DNA from: a virus
Taxonomy: Duplodnaviria > Caudoviricetes
Strand: one strand, 5' to 3'
DNA: 34,794 nucleotides
IMG/VR virus record: IMGVR_UViG_3300022742_000086
Location: 1 to 34,794 of that record
Position 1 is the first letter of the stretch; each line of letters starts with the position of its first letter. The position numbers were made by a program, and so were the translations under genes. Below are positions 33,296-34,794 of this stretch, piece by piece. The notes below the pieces were generated by a model, which worked only from the letters and a program-made list of their open reading frames with translations, searched no databases and was not told where the DNA came from.

Positions 33296-33456
33296 ACATC
33301 CTGCTGCTGCTGACCGCCGCTTCGTCCATCGCCACGCTAGGCCTGATGGCCTATGCGGTGGTTTATTCGATCCTGCTCCGCCGCGAGAATCGGCGGGAAA
33401 AAGCGCTGATGGCCGTCCGCCGCTGCAACGAAGAAGGAGGGATCGGCCATGGCTGA
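33292..33456 (+). CDS. Small single-TM early protein (54 aa, not in the ORF track)
   Basis: MNILLLLTAASSIATLGLMAYAVVYSILLRRENRREK...; ATGA overlap with the upstream gene. Confidence 0.65.
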   Translation: MNILLLLTAASSIATLGLMAYAVVYSILLRRENRREKALMAVRRCNEEGGIGHG

Positions 33457-33643
33457 CCGCAACCCCCTGCAGGTCCTCAAGGAAGCACGCCAGATTGCGG
33501 CCGATTACGGTTGCACCATCTCCGAGCGCGGCGGGCGCTACTCGATCTATCGCAAAACGCCGACCCGACCGGTCTGGTGCGGCAGTTGCCGCGACGTGAA
33601 CGCCCTCAATCGGCTGGTCCGAAAAATAACGGGGTTCCGCTGA
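33449..33643 (+). CDS. Hypothetical early protein
   Basis: 64 aa, SD AAGGAGG. Confidence 0.7.
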   Translation: MADRNPLQVLKEARQIAADYGCTISERGGRYSIYRKTPTRPVWCGSCRDVNALNRLVRKITGFR

Positions 33644-33843
33644 TGACCGCCGCCGCCATCTTCCCCGAAGACATCCTGCTCGACGACGTGGCGAAAGCCG
33701 CGCAGGCCGCCGGGATGCACCTGATCAGCGACGGCCGAAAGGTCGTCGTCTCGCCCATCGTTCCGCCGGGATTTTACAAAGTCGCCGTCAAGGTCAAGAA
33801 CGCCAACCGTGCCGCCCTGGAGGTGCTGCCATGCGCCGCCTGA
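33643..33843 (+). CDS. Hypothetical early protein
   Basis: 66 aa from MTAAAIF; TGATG overlap. Confidence 0.7.
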   Translation: MTAAAIFPEDILLDDVAKAAQAAGMHLISDGRKVVVSPIVPPGFYKVAVKVKNANRAALEVLPCAA

Positions 33844-34103
33844 TCGATTTCTTTGCCGCGCTGCTGGCCGAGGCCGGCGAGCGCATCCAGCGCCAGGCGC
33901 TTGATCTGCGCATTGCCGACCTGGAAGCGATGCTGTCGCAACAGCTCGACGAGCGCGAGGCGCTGGACGGCGCCATCGATACCACCGCCGGCGAACTTGT
34001 TGCCGCGCTCAACGAACGCGACCGGCAAAGCCTCGCCGTCCGTCTGCGCTGCACCAACGCCGCCATCCTTCCAATCCGGAGTCATCATGTCAAAACACGC
34101 TGA
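33831..34103 (+). CDS. Hypothetical coiled-coil early protein
   Basis: 90 aa, SD GGAGG. Confidence 0.65.
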   Translation: MRRLIDFFAALLAEAGERIQRQALDLRIADLEAMLSQQLDEREALDGAIDTTAGELVAALNERDRQSLAVRLRCTNAAILPIRSHHVKTR

Positions 34104-34794
34104 AAAAAGCCGCACCCAGCAATCGCTTGAGGTGATCTACCAGCACCCGCGCGGCATCCGCACTGACGAAATTGCCCAGAAAATCGCCGTCGACCGCAAG
34201 CAGGTACACAGCATTGTCGCCCCCCTGATCGCCGCCGGGCTGGTCATCAGCAGCAAGATCGAGCGCCCGGGCCAAAAGGATATTTTCGAATTTCGTATCT
34301 CGGCCTCGGCGCCCGACATCCCGCCCGACTACCTCGCCTGGAAGCGAGACCACCCCATCACCCCGAGCGAGGTCGTCAATCCCTGCCGGAAACCCAACAC
34401 AACCACGGCCGGCCCGCGTGCGGCCGCCGCGGCCCAGAAAATCGCCCGGGAAGGTGCGACTCGACCCCAGCCACCGGAGGGGATCAATATCAGTGGCAGC
34501 CGCGCATCGGAAAGCCCCGTCGGGGCAGCTACCGCCTCCACCGAGGGCGCGGCCGGAGATGACGCGCGGGCGGGGAGTCATGGCCCCGAGTCGGCAGTGG
34601 CAGCTGCCGACGAACCCGCGGCGTCGCCCGTACTGGACAGGGTCATAGCCAGGACGTTTGAACCGAAAGAGACAAAGCTGTCCATCGATGGCAACGGACA
34701 ACTCAGTATCGGACAGATCACATTCAACGCGGCTGAGACCACTCGAATCGGCCTGTTCATGGCAGGAACTGAACCTATCTGGAGTCAATCATGA
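34087..34794 (+). CDS. Early protein with N-terminal winged HTH and disordered linker
   Basis: GIRTDEIAQKIAVDRKQVHSIVAPLIAAGLV; SD GGAG before ATG 34087. Confidence 0.7.
   Translation: MSKHAEKSRTQQSLEVIYQHPRGIRTDEIAQKIAVDRKQVHSIVAPLIAAGLVISSKIERPGQKDIFEFRISASAPDIPPDYLAWKRDHPITPSEVVNPCRKPNTTTAGPRAAAAAQKIAREGATRPQPPEGINISGSRASESPVGAATASTEGAAGDDARAGSHGPESAVAAADEPAASPVLDRVIARTFEPKETKLSIDGNGQLSIGQITFNAAETTRIGLFMAGTEPIWSQS

Larger units (their letters stand above)
1560..34794. mobile_element. Lambdoid siphovirus prophage; left boundary near 1545-1600, continues beyond the right edge
   Basis: Contiguous lysis, tail, head, packaging, replication, immunity and early genes with many 4-bp stop/start overlaps; abrupt switch from host genes. 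Exact att not determinable. Confidence 0.95.

Overview
Two host genes (a ParA-family ATPase and a divergent IclR regulator, 1-1543) are followed by about 33 kb of an apparently intact, GC-rich lambdoid siphovirus prophage that continues past the right edge; no integrase is in the window. The minus strand carries, in transcription order: cro, a CII-like gene, a VapE helicase with a downstream iteron-rich origin, a gpZ-like gene, a lambda-like cos with an exact cosQ, Nu1/gpA terminase, a Mor/C-like activator, the head genes, a head-spike module, holins, the tail genes (with a G-T frameshift), endolysin and nested spanins. The plus strand carries cI, a BamE-like lipoprotein and the early-left operon. 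Highlights: (1) a self-contained four-gene operon (21676-23106) with a strong promoter, a palindromic operator and a terminal HTH gene, the architecture of acr-aca anti-defence loci; (2) three identical 27-bp boxes, each followed by a -10-like hexamer 6 nt before an ATG, suggesting activator-dependent leaderless late promoters in a phage with no visible Q; (3) an RcGTA-like head spike with an SGNH esterase, whose short motif recurs as an apparent insertion in the distal tail protein; (4) a split LapG/BTLCP-like protease; (5) a Tat-signal gene between terS and terL. All family calls come from reading motifs by eye; no database searches were run.
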